The notes under the pieces are model-generated. The model saw nothing but the letters and a program-made list of their open reading frames with translations, ran no database searches and was not told the origin of the DNA. Positions 26,506 to 39,520 of a stretch of 64,000 nt of DNA are shown one piece after another. Source of the DNA: Octopus vulgaris (lineage: Eukaryota); contig OX597825.1 in NCBI GenBank assembly GCA_951406725.2, forward strand, positions 13,268,001-13,332,000, given 5' to 3'. The first letter of the stretch is position 1, and each line of letters starts with the position of its first letter. The translations under genes and the position numbers were made by a program.

Positions 26506-27282
26506 GTAATTAAGGGTTTAGCAACGATTTGCCTCACCACACACCGAATTTAGAAATAGCAGTCAGAAAGTTTTGGCTATTCTTTCTACTTAAAAGGGAG
26601 ATCCCAGTAAAACCAAAGCACTTAAAAAGCAAACGACGCAGGCAAAAGAGAAAGAAATGACTAAAATCATTCTATATTAAGTCACTTACGGACGTACGTT
26701 TCGGAATTAAGTCATTGCAGAGCATAAAAATTAAATAATTATGTCTTACCTGACTATTTTCCTCCTCAGCGTAGGATTCTTCAATTATAAATAATTGTGT
26801 CTCAATTATTATTAATTGTGTATTAAATTTGAAGGCACTAGAAGACATCACCTCAACTCATGGTATCAGATCGAGCGTAAGCCATTACCAGTACCACCAA
26901 ATTCAAAGGGTGAATGAAAGTATGTCACCATCCCCCTTCCGGCAGCGTGCTGCCAAAATAAGATGCTACAGTTTTTTTACTGGGATGAAATACAATTATC
27001 AATAATAAAGGGTGAAATTAATTAATTTAGAAATAATCATTAATTTCACCAAGTAGAGTTCGGCATGTAAAAGCCCCATTCAAAGAAGGTTTAAGTAATA
27101 CTAAGTAATTAAGGGTTTAGCAACGATTTGCCTCACCACACACCGAATTTAGAAATAGCAATCAAAAAGTTTTGGCTATTCTTTCAACTTAAAAGGAGAT
27201 CCCAGTAAAACCAAAGCACTTAAAAAGCAAACGACGCAGGCAAAAGAGAAAGAAATTACTAAAATCATTCTATATTAAGTCA
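26503..27282 (-). mobile_element. Non-coding Penelope-like/retrozyme-like element, ~599-bp unit plus ~180-bp direct repeat
   Basis: Direct repeats 26503-26684 and 27102-27282; internal HHR; AGAAAAATTAT at 26448-26458 and 27282-27292. Confidence 0.8.
26685..26775 (-). ncRNA. Minimal type I hammerhead ribozyme, canonical core
   Basis: Minus strand tacg-CTGAGGA-GGAA...TTCC-GAAAC-GTAC-GTC-cgta; palindromic ACGTACGT stem III, GUC triplet. Confidence 0.85.
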
Positions 27283-28129
27283 GAAAAATTATATTCAGAT
27301 ATTTATTAACAATATATATAAATTAACAATTAAGGCTCCCTCAGCTTTAATGATTAGAATAAAGACCTGTACATCGGTATACAACTCATTCATTAATATT
27401 TAGCCCATTCATTAATATTGAGTTCATTCAGTAATACTTAGCTCATTGAGGTATGTTCGACGCAGAAACGCATTTGCCGCGGTGTGTTTGAGAAATATTC
27501 TCATGGACAAAGTGTCTTTTCACACGCAGAACTGGGCTATGAAAGAAGCCGTTGGACTGTAGAAAACGTACTTTTGCATTGATACGCTTCGTAAGTGCAA
27601 GAAAAAGAACCACTCATTCGTAGTTCCCTAAAAGTTGCTGTTTCATTATATTTATCTTTTAATGGAAAAAGCAAATAATCAATTTACTTAACTTAAATAA
27701 AATGCACACAACTACATTTTAATCATGGCTGTTTAGAGTACCTTTAGAGTACCTTTAATTAATAAATTCCAGTTTGACAAAGCCTTGACTATGCTAGCTA
27801 ATTTTTTTTTAAATCCGTTCTTTATATATAAGAACGGTAATTTTATTAGGCTGTGTATGAATGTATCTATGTATATATGTACGCATGTATGCATGCATGC
27901 ATTTGTATGTGTATGTATGTATTATATATGAATGTAGGAGTTTGTCCGTTCCATTCTGCTTTTAATCATTTAAATTCTTCCTGTGAGGAAGGAGCTGCAT
28001 TCTAATAAAAATACAAAGCTCTATCGTTGGAGTATGGATAACAAAAACGATGTCTCATTGTATGTATGTATATATGTATGTACTGTGTGTGTGTGTATGT
28101 GTGTGTGTGATGATATGCATGTATGCATA

Positions 28130-28286
28130 TGCGTGGTAAGTAGCTTGCTTACCAACCACATGGTTCCGGCTTCGGTTCCACTGCGTGGCTCCTTGGGCAA
28201 GTGTCTTCTACTATTGCATGGGGCCGACCAAAGCCTTGTGAGTGGATTTGGTAGACGGAAACTGAAAGAACCTCGTCGTATATATG

Positions 28287-28334
<48 letters not shown>

Positions 28335-28365
28335 TGTGCGTGCGTGTGTGTGTGTGTGTGTCGGG
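28130..28365 (+). mobile_element. SINE B 5' part
   Basis: gtggtaagtagcttgcttaccaaccacatggttccgg...gacggaaactgaaagaa. Confidence 0.85.
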
Positions 28366-28369
28366 GATA

Positions 28370-28525
28370 CGAGTGAATATGTATTAATATATGTATATGT
28401 ATATATATTATTCTGTCTGGGGAGAGTCATTCTCCTTATTAGCACACTCACCGATTCGATTTCCACGCATTTATTTATTTATTTTTAAAATTTTCGTAGC
28501 ATCTTGCAATTTCGTCAATAGTCTT
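28370..28525 (-). mobile_element. Diverged single arm of the 51305-51637 family with decayed HHR-like motif
   Basis: Minus strand cta-TTGACGA-A-ATTGC-aagat-GCTAC-GAAAATTTT; ggagagtcatt block shared. Confidence 0.6.
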
Positions 28526-28532
28526 TGATGCT

Positions 28533-28583
<51 letters not shown>

Positions 28584-29389
28584 TACATATATACGCAAGA
28601 ATAGACACATATGTATGTACGTGTACAGCCACTCATCCGCAACTACATAAAATAATCTCGCAATAAACATATATATTAAATACACGTATATTAAACACAC
28701 GAAGCCACAAATGGCGAAATGGCCCTGGAAAGGGAACACCTCTCGATAAAAACATGAATAATCTTTCACCATGATCAACAACAACAACAACAACTACAAC
28801 AGCAAGATCAACAACAAGTGATATATCGATCTGCGTTTCCAGACGAACACCAGGCATTATTTAGTATAAAATGATGCAGAATCGATGGAAGCAACTTTAG
28901 TGTGTTAGTGGAAATTAATTCATCCGTTCACACCGGTGAATGGATTAAATTGTTCCACTTAACACAAAGCGAATTCGATCCTGAATCCAGCTACACTAAA
29001 GAAATTCGCTCTCCTCTTTGCACTTTCCAGTAAACGCATGAAGGTAACAGCTGTGAAGACAGGACGTGTGAGTCACCAATGGGGCCAGAACCACCACCAC
29101 AACCACCACCGCCACCACCACCACTAACAGCTCTCGCCATTAACGCCACACCTTCGATATTCACTAAACTTGAGCACAACAATAGGTGAACGCATGGCTG
29201 AGTCATGAAGCAACGCGCTTTTTGCAGTCACTTGATTGCTGGTTCGGTCCCACTGCGTTGCTCATTGGCTGTGATCTCTTATAGCCACTGACCAATGACT
29301 TGTGAGTGAGTGAGTGAATTTGGTATACGGAAGGTGTGTGGAACCTCGGCATGTGTGTGCGTCTCCCTGCCTTTCTCTCTCTCTCTCAA

Positions 29390-29455
<66 letters not shown>

Positions 29456-29639
29456 AAATGGGACAAGAACGCAAAACATTTCAATAGACGATATAAAAAA
29501 ATACGGACGGATCATTCGAAGCCTCTAATCTTCAGTCAAGAACCGGATCATCCTCGCAATTTCGGCTGATTAATCTTGAGATTGCTCCAATCTGGCCAGC
29601 CCCAGAGAATAGAAGAGAAAGAAAAAGAGGAACAGAGGA

Positions 29640-30805
29640 ATTATATATATATATATATAAATGTATAAAAAATAAAAAAGAGTGAAAAAATCTACAGAAG
29701 GCTTGTGTTACAAGGTTAGAGAATATATTTAAGTCGTTATGTTAGAAAAATGTTATAAGATTTTGTGTATAGTAACATAGTTTTTGGAGAAATAACCGGT
29801 TTCGTATAGTGTTTTCAAATTTCTCAAATTTCTTTGCCTACATCGTGTCATGTCTTTGCATGAAGTGAAGAATTCCAGGCAAGAGAAGCTAATCAGGTAT
29901 TTCTTCCGGTATAAGGGAGATAATCGCTTTATATTTTTTTCTTTTTTTCAATGAGATGAGTTTCCTTGTATAAAAATGTTAGAATGGTTAAGTTTTGGTT
30001 TATATTTTTCAATGAAGAATGTTTCCTTGTTTAATCTAATTTGTGTTGGTGTTCCAATAGCACATTGATAGAATGAAAAGATTAAAAATTGTGGTAGTAG
30101 TTGCTTTGCACATTTCTCAATATGTTCACTAAAGGGTATCATTCTGTATTCTGGGAATGCAATCTGTTGTCGATGCAGAGTGCATCTGCGTCTGAGCGAT
30201 AATCCCGTGGACCCTATGTAGGCAGTATTTTTGGGGAAGGTGTATTGCTGTGCTGAACTTTTCTTCAAGATTCTATGTCAATTTCTATTGCACGTCTGAT
30301 TTTATCCTCTATGAGTTGAATTGAGTAGTATCTGTCAATTAAGGTGTTTTTGAGTTCTTGTAGTCTAAAGTTTCTGGTATTTTGTTCTGACACTATTGTG
30401 CATATCCTTCTTGCAAGGTTGAAAGGGATGTTTGTTTTAGTGTGTCTTGCGTGGCATGAATCAAAAAGTAGGTATTATTTGGCGTCTGTGGTTTTGTAAA
30501 ATATGTCTTTCTATTTTTAGGTTAATTTTTTAAATTAGTATATCTGAGAATGGAAGCTCCTTTTGGTTGTACTCAATTGTGACCTGCATGCTTGAGTTGA
30601 CACTGTTCAATAGGTTTTTGAATTTTAGGAGTTTATCTGTGTTTTCATTCCAGAGTATAAAACAGTCGTCCACGAATCTTTTCCAATTCTCTTTTATGTA
30701 TTGGGAAAGTGGGTTTCCAAAGGTCGATAAAGATTCCTGGTATATTATTACCTCCAGGTAGCCCATTTTTAGGTTCGCAATGACTGGTGCTGCCCTTGTA
30801 CCCAT
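29640..30805 (-). mobile_element. Penelope-like retroelement, 5'-truncated and decayed
   Basis: RT plus GIY-YIG pseudo-ORF, followed by a 3' region with HHR half-motif GAAACCGGTT near 29794-29803. Confidence 0.85.
29948..30805 (-). pseudogene. Penelope reverse transcriptase / GIY-YIG endonuclease remnant
   Basis: MGTRAAPVIANLKMG...WKRFVDDCF...ELPF (RT) and YIGSTG..LRRRCTLHRQQI...EHI...ETFFIEKYKPKLN (endonuclease); frameshifts and internal deletion. Confidence 0.9.
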
Positions 30806-30878
30806 ATCAATTCGGGATTTTGTGTCCTACAAAATAACCGCTTCATATTTGACAATACGTTTTACCGTATACATACAT

Positions 30879-30924
<46 letters not shown>

Positions 30925-30998
30925 GTATAGAAAAAATATATATACACACACATATATATACATATACATTTACATACACACATACACATACACACACA

Positions 30999-31055
<57 letters not shown>

Positions 31056-31142
31056 ACAACTTACATAAGTTGTTTATAATTTTAACCTTTAAAGGTATGT
31101 TTTAATATGCTGGCCATTGATAAAATGTTTATCCTACATTAA

Positions 31143-31200
<58 letters not shown>

Positions 31201-31205
31201 TATAT

Positions 31206-31280
<75 letters not shown>

Positions 31281-31301
31281 ACCACGCAATATATATATAT
31301 A

Positions 31302-31697
31302 CTAGCAGTATCGCCCGGCGTTGCTCGGGTTTGTAAGGGAAATAATTATATAAGCATTTTTAGAGATGTAAAGTATAATAGCCATCTCAATATGGCTAAC
31401 CACAAAGGGGGAGGGGTGTTACTGTAGCTTTTTACGTTCTGAGATTTAATAATAAATTTTAGAGAGTTACTTCCCTTATATATGTCAAAAATGGATTAAA
31501 AATGGGAAAAATTGATGGTAAATTTTTTTTTTAAATCGTAGACTCATCGTAGACGCGCGCTAATACCCAGACGGTCTCGATATGAATCACGACTATAAGA
31601 TACCCGGTTTTGGTTAAACTGCACCGCAAAATGTGGGAGTAGTTAGGAATCTAAATCGTAGGAGACAGACACACAACCTCACTTTTATATATAAAGA
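31302..31697 (-). mobile_element. Complete non-autonomous Helitron
   Basis: 5' TCTTTATATATAAAAG, 3' hairpin cccgagcaacgccggg then CTAG, inserted at A|T with no TSD. Confidence 0.9.
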
Positions 31698-31760
31698 TTT
31701 CCTCTATTTACATAATATTGAGGTCTCTTTCTTTCTTTTGTTATCTTACTGTTTTTACCA

Positions 31761-31803
<43 letters not shown>

Positions 31804-31814
31804 TATATATAGTC

Positions 31815-32135
31815 ACAGAGATGTACTTGCATAGCAAGTGACTTGATCTGAGATCGTGTGCTGGAACGAAAACAGTTGCAGCGTTGAAGGTGTTTATAAG
31901 CCATTTAAGAAACACACAAAAACCGTTAGATTCACTTCAACATTTAAATTTGATTTGTCAAAATATTTTCGTCGCTTTGAGACCGCGACCTGTTAGCACG
32001 ATATTTTTGTCAGTGAACAGGTCGCGGTCTCAAAGCGACGAAAATATTTTGGCAAATTAAATTTAAATGTTGAAGTGAATGTAACGGTTTTTGTGTGTTT
32101 CTTAAATGGCTTACAAACACCTTCCACGCTGCAAT
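31815..32135. mobile_element. Foldback element family F1, copy 1
   Basis: Inverted arms 31876-31994 / 32016-32134; same family as 58838-59178. Confidence 0.9.
32006..32056 (+). ncRNA. Hammerhead-like fold with G3-C8 swapped core
   Basis: tttgtca-GTGAACA-G-GTCGC-ggtctcaaa-GCGAC-GAAA-ATAT-TT-tggcaaa. Confidence 0.65.
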
Positions 32136-33600
32136 ATATATATACACACATATATATATATATGTATGTATGTATGTATGTGTGTATATGTGTATGCATG
32201 TATATGTGTGTGTGTGCGTGTCTGTGCTTGTGATTGTCCTCCACCACTGCTTGACAACGAATGTTGGTTTGTTTACATCCCTGTCACCTAGTGGTTTGAC
32301 AAAGGAAACAGATAGAATAAGTACAATGCTTACAAAAATAAAACTGGAGTTGATTCATTAAACTACAATTCTTCAAGGCATTGCCCCAGCATAGCCACAG
32401 ACCAATGGCTGGAAAAAGCAGAAGACTAAAAGAATACATTCTCTGCTTTGGTCTTATGAGAAAGGTTGAGTTTACATGAGAAGGCCTAATAGACCTGGTA
32501 GAAATAGCAGCCAAATTTCCCCCAAATCACACCTTACTGTCTTATCTATGTATATACGTATGTATGAGCCTATGAGGGAGACCCCTACATGGCAGGTAGA
32601 CATGGTAGAAATAGCAGCCAAATCTCCCTCAAATCACACATTACTGTCTTATCTTTCTGCTACTTGGATATAGGTGTTATATTTGTCGTAAAAAACTTTC
32701 CTGTCACACACTCACGCACACGCACGCACCCTCACACACACACACACGCGCACACACACACACACACACTCACACACACGCACGTTAGCTTACAATTTTA
32801 TTTATATATTTGCGTGTCTATGTGTGGAAAGAGGAAGTGGGAGGCAGAGTGAAAGAATCACTCACAACAGTAAGTGAATTACTTTCATTTTATTCGTTGC
32901 CCACTGTGTGTGTGCGTTTGCGTGTAGTGTAAACCAGACTAAGAAAAGCATTTGACACACACACCAGAATGTGAGTTTTCTGTAAATTTTGCTTAATTGG
33001 AGTTTAAATTTTAAAAACTGGACCTGGCATGACGCGATGCATTGTACTCTTAAAAATTCTAGGTAAATTGTAATTGAAGAAATCCTATATTGTAGATTTG
33101 TATAACTCCCAAAGGGAGGCAGATAAAATCTGCCTTTTATAATAAGAGATATATATATATATATCATTGAGTTTGGCGGGGTATATAATCCGGACGTATG
33201 GATATATTCTCTGGGTGTAGTGGCATCGAATGAGATAGAGTGAAGGAGTGAGTGGAGTTTATGTTGTTTAGTGCGAGCGAGGAACTCGCGGAAAAGATGA
33301 CTTAAATGAATTATAAAGAGCAGAATGAAATGAGCAAGGGAAGCGGAAAGACAGGATGAAAAGGTGGAACAAGTGAGAGGGAGAAGGCAGTCGAAGGTGC
33401 GTATTTTGGGAAGATTAGAACTTATGGGGGCGCGCATGAGGCGGTAGGAAGTAGTACAGAGGATGGGTATGATGGCAGAAGCAGAGTGAAAAATGGGTTG
33501 GGAAAAACGGAGAAAAAGACACAAGGAAAAAAAAAGCAACAATGCGAAGACATGGTACATGCAAATTATTAATACGGCGCTCAGGGAAGGAAAGAAAGGG

Positions 33601-33637
33601 TGTTTTACGTTTCGAGCAGAGCTCTTCTTTAGAAACA
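33601..33637 (-). ncRNA. Minimal hammerhead motif (G5A, probably dead) in Penelope-like fragment ~33170-33690
   Basis: Minus strand tgttt-CTAAAGA-A-GAGC-tct-GCTC-GAAAC-GTA-aaaca. Confidence 0.62.
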
Positions 33638-33959
33638 GGAAACAGAGGAAAATGCAAGAGAAATAGAAAAAAAAAATCGCCAACATTCCTCATGTAGTTA
33701 CATTATATACGAGGGGTTTCTTTCAGTTTCATTCTACCAAATCCATTCATAAGGGTTTAGCGGGTCGAATCTATAGTGGAAGACAGTGGAACTGAAACCG
33801 GGCCCATTCGGTTGGGATCTAAGCTTCTTACCACACAGCCCCGCCTACGCCTGTATATGTTTACAAAACGTACTCGTGTAATCTTCTTTACAGAATATTA
33901 TGCATTTTAAGCGAAGAAAGGCTTCCGTTTCGTCGGTCAACCGTACAGGTCATCCGGTA

Positions 33960-34188
33960 TAATAGACATACATATATATGTGTGTATGTATGTATGTATG
34001 TGTAGATATAGGTGTTATACGAACGCACATACATATATGTATATATATAGATATTGGTGTGTATACGAACAAACACAGTATATTTATATAAATGCATATA
34101 TATATATATATATATACGTATACATATATATATAGGTGTAGTGCACTTGAACTCTGTATACAACAATTTTTTCTTTCATATATATAAA

Positions 34189-34219
<31 letters not shown>

Positions 34220-34347
34220 ATGAATGTATGTATGTATGTATATATGTATGAATATATTAATAGCATACATATATATATATACTTATACATATATATAGAG
34301 ATAGGTAGATAGATAGTTAGATATGCATTTACGTATGTATGAGTGTT

Positions 34348-34402
<55 letters not shown>

Positions 34403-34433
34403 GCATATATATATATCTATGTACACACACACA

Positions 34434-34470
<37 letters not shown>

Positions 34471-34871
34471 CATATACATATAACATATATATATATATAT
34501 ACCAGTATGTGTTGACACATATCTATTAGTGCAACAGTATCACCCTACACTCTTCCGCATCACACCCACCCCGCTATCAAAATCGTGTTAGGTCAAGTTA
34601 AATGTGCGTCGCTCCCAGCTATTGTAAGCCATATAATAATCGGTGGAGCATGTTGAATCTTCTTGGAAAGAAAGTATTAATAAAAATCGATAATGTAACA
34701 TATGTGTATTGTGAGTCAAGAATTATTGAATTTTTTTTCACATAGATTTTCTATAATTTTATTAACATCGTTAAGTTTCAGGATAGGTCGATAGAACTGA
34801 AGGAAACGAGAGAAAGAAGTCTGCTGAAAGAAAAACAAGGTTCTCTCTTTTTCTTTCTTTCTCTCTCTGTC

Positions 34872-34904
<33 letters not shown>

Positions 34905-34996
34905 TCCTGCTTTTCTTTCTTTATTTGATTTGCCATCTTTCTTTCTTCCTCACTTCCTGTATGCATGCACACAAAGCACCTCAACCCACACCACAC

Positions 34997-35031
<35 letters not shown>

Positions 35032-35292
35032 TATATTTACATATTCATTCATGTGTGTGTATGTGTATGCGTGTGTGTGTATGCACATATATATATATAT
35101 ATATGGGTGTCTATATATTTATATATATGTATGTAAATATTCATATATTCTATGTATATATATATATATAAATGCATGTATGTATTTGTTTATATATATA
35201 TATAATTATATGTACTGTATACTAGATATCTACGTATCTATACACATATATAAGTGTATATAAAATATATAAGTATATATATATAAACACAG

Positions 35293-35329
<37 letters not shown>

Positions 35330-35363
35330 CATAGATATATATGTATATTTACAGAAGAGTCTA

Positions 35364-35405
<42 letters not shown>

Positions 35406-35933
35406 TATGTATATATTTATGTACGTGCATACATATATATATATACATATACATATATGTATATATACATATATATGCATACACACACACACACACTCAC
35501 ATATATATAGAGAGATAGATAGACAGATAGATAGATAGATAGATATACACATATGTATCTCTCTATATATGTATATAGACGTGTGTGTGTGTGTGTGGGT
35601 TTGTGTTCGTATCTGTGTGTGTGTGTTTCTGTGTGTGTATGTTGATAAGTAACAATATTGATATTTAATACTGTATGTCGAAGTTTTCTTTCGCTCTTAT
35701 AACTTCTAAAGACGCTTTTGTCACAGATCCGAACAATTTATAAATTTAAAAATTTTTTATTGAAATGTTTTATATAGTTACACCTGATAAAATGGTCTCC
35801 AAGAGTACAGACCCGAGTTCATAGTCACCTTACAATTATACATATATCATATATACATACATGCATACATATACAGTCGGACTTCTCTGGAACTTATCTT
35901 ATCGAAATCTACTGAGGAACCGTCTGTGTGCCC

Positions 35934-36010
<77 letters not shown>

Positions 36011-36259
36011 CATATATATATATATATATAAACACATATATATATACAGATATATATATATACACATATATATACATATATACATATACATATACATACA
36101 CAAATATATACACATATACATATACAAATACACATGTACATATACACATATTTATATACATATACATACATATATATATATATATATACATATATACATA
36201 TATATATATACAAACATACATATATATATATATATATACATATATATACATATATATAC

Positions 36260-36330
<71 letters not shown>
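33960..36330. repeat. Extended compound (TA)n/(TATG)n/(CA)n microsatellite field with short unique islands
   Basis: Directly visible. Confidence 0.9.
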
Positions 36331-36333
<3 letters not shown>

Positions 36334-36637
36334 TTAGGTAAATATATTCAATACGAATATTATATACTGAATTTATTATATACTGCTCCATTGTATAAAA
36401 ATATTTATACTATTAAAGTATTTATATATTTAATACGAGCGATATATACGTATATTTTTTAATAATATATGATTATTATTAATATAAGAAAATCAATATC
36501 CAAACTCATCATAAAGATATACCAGTGTGAAAGAAATTATTGTATTAAAAATATATATAAATGAATAAATATAAAAATATAAATATAATGCATAAAATGA
36601 ATTTGATAATTTAAAAATTTTGAATTAATTATTTAAG

Positions 36638-36729
36638 CATCTTACGATCGTTTCGCAGAAGAGTTGTCCCTATAATGAAATCCTATATTGATAAGCATTT
36701 ATAGACAAACCTTCTGCTCTTCAGAGATA
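36638..36729 (-). ncRNA. Minimal type I hammerhead ribozyme, canonical core
   Basis: Minus strand tatct-CTGAAGA-GCAGAAG...CTTCTGC-GAAAC-GATC-GTA-agatg; palindromic ACGATCGT, GUA triplet. Confidence 0.87.
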
Positions 36730-37000
36730 TAAAATATGAATATATCGAATGATAGTTTTTTTCAAAAATTTGAAGTAAAATTGTAAAATTTACAATTTTA
36801 CTTCAAATTTTAATCATGCTAATCTCTTTATCGTTCCAATTTTAGAATATGTCCCGCCGTAGCTAATGTATGCATATATATATATGTGTGTGTGTGTGTG
36901 TGTACATATGTATTATGTCTATGAAACTAACTATGCAGCCGACCAGTGTCGTCACGAGAGGAAACGTGAAACCTTATTTTATTCACATCCGTTTCAACTC

Positions 37001-37064
<64 letters not shown>

Positions 37065-37789
37065 CATACATAAACATACATACATACATACATACATACA
37101 TACATACATACATACATACATACATACATACATACATACATGTGTGTGTGTGTGTGTAATGTGCTAGGAAGTAGAGCCAAGTCTTGCGACAGCGAAGTCA
37201 CGAGATACTAAAAAACTTCAGAGAGAAGTATCCCAGATATTCAACCCATATTTAGTAACCAGGACATATCACATCAGTAAATAAATACTACGAAAGCAAT
37301 ATTTGGAGCCGTAAATATAATTTTTTCCTGTTTTTTTTTTTCACAAAATACATTAAGGAAATTAATCCTGTAGCAGGTTTCATGTTATTTATATTTACTT
37401 TGATATATCATTGTTTCCAACGCTTTTTTGGGCCGGTTACACGACTTGCACACGCACATACACAGATACGCACGCACGCACATTCGTCCACCAATACATA
37501 CATAATACATACATATATACATATATTTATTTATTTATATTTATATAGGTATGTTACACAGAGAGGAGGGACAGCTCTAAAACATTAGTTTTGATCGAGT
37601 GCTCACAAACCAACATGCTTCGAGATTCATTTACTTATTGTAAAATTGACAAATGACTATGTCTAGTTGTGTGTGTGTGTGTGCATGTGTGTCAGTGTGT
37701 ATTTGTGAGTGCGTGTATCTACGCATATCTATACGTGCATGCCTTTGTATGTATATAAATATATATAATATTCTAAATATACCGACATA

Positions 37790-37799
37790 CATATATATT

Positions 37800-37830
<31 letters not shown>

Positions 37831-37860
37831 ATATATACATATATATATATACATATATAA

Positions 37861-37918
<58 letters not shown>

Positions 37919-38442
37919 TTAACATACATGGACATAAATTATGTATACAACACAATATGTGTATATATCATATTACTTGTTAAAAGGATTGAATTCGTAT
38001 ATATCAAATATATACATACACATATACATATATGTATACATATATATATATATATATATATGGAGAGAGAGAGAGAGACGGAGAGATAGAGAGGGAGAGA
38101 GAGAGAGATAAAGATGTATGTATATGTATATACACACATGTACATATGTATACATATATATATATACATACATCAACCCAGTTATATATGCACACAAACA
38201 TTTATAAATATATACATGCATGCATACATATATATATGTATGTATATATACATATATATATAGATGTATGTACATGTGTATATGTATGCACTCATATATA
38301 TATGTATATAAGTATACATATACATATATACATACACATATAGACATATGTATACATATGCACTTATAAATATATACATGCACACACACACACACATATA
38401 TAGAAATATATTTATATATTTATATATTCCTATTTACCTATA

Positions 38443-38488
<46 letters not shown>

Positions 38489-38820
38489 TATATGCATGCA
38501 TACATGTACATACTCACATGTATATGTATATACACATGCAAATATGGGCACAGAACGTCAAAAAATGTAAACATGAGAAGCGAGAACATGAAATAATAAA
38601 ACATGGCAAAAAATAATTTTGCGAACAACGGAAGAAACAAATAGAAGAACAAGACAGACAACATCATCAGTTGTCCACTGTTTTATCTACTTGCAAATTT
38701 TGATCGTTAGGACAAGATACGTCTTCGGCAAGACAGTCGCTTCCAGAAAGCAAATTAAATAAAATTTGGGATTTCCGGAAGGTCAAAGTTGGTAACAAAA
38801 ACAGGACGTATGTATGTATG

Positions 38821-38854
<34 letters not shown>

Positions 38855-38886
38855 TGCATGTATGTATGTATGCATGTATGTATATA

Positions 38887-38919
<33 letters not shown>

Positions 38920-39430
38920 ATGTATGTATGTATGTATGTATGTATGTATGTATGTATGAAAGTATGTATGTATGTATGTATGTATGTATGTATGTATGCA
39001 TGTATGAATGAATGTGTGTGTGTATGTATGTATGTATGTATGTATGTATGTATGTGTGTGTGTATGTATGTATGTATGTATGTGTGTGTGTATGTATGTA
39101 TATACTATATATATATATATATCGCCTTGACCTTCGGAAACGCAGAGTAGATGAAACAAAGGCGACTGAAGAAGGGGAATTTTCCTTGTATTGTTTGTCC
39201 TGGACTCTATTTTTTCGTTGTTTAAGAATAATGTCCGGTTCTTTGGTTTTGTGTTTATGTTTTCGTTTTTCATTGTGTTCGACGTTTTTTTTTTTTTGGT
39301 GTCCTGTACCCATATATGCATGTATATATACATGTAGAGGTAGGTACGTACATATATGTATGTATATATGCATATGTTTTATTTATTATATGACGGAACG
39401 CACGCATCCATTTCTAAGTAAGATTGTTCT

Positions 39431-39505
<75 letters not shown>

Positions 39506-39520
39506 CATACATACATACAC
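37790..39520. repeat. Microsatellite field containing two oppositely oriented related repeats (38545-38808 +, 39120-39392 -)
   Basis: Directly visible; homology to 18710-18935 and 13080-13285. Confidence 0.8.

Noticed and set aside
29500-29605. GGCUG..CAGCC-GAAA on the minus strand as hammerhead (partial also at 13435-13458)
   Set aside because: No CUGANGA core upstream and no NUH/stem I; truncated
32862-33686. 274-aa minus ORF as host gene
   Set aside because: No recognisable domain, non-ATG start, overlaps a Penelope-like terminal fragment
39130-39190. Possible type II hammerhead (GAAAC..GUA...CUGAAGA)
   Set aside because: Stems I and II do not pair convincingly
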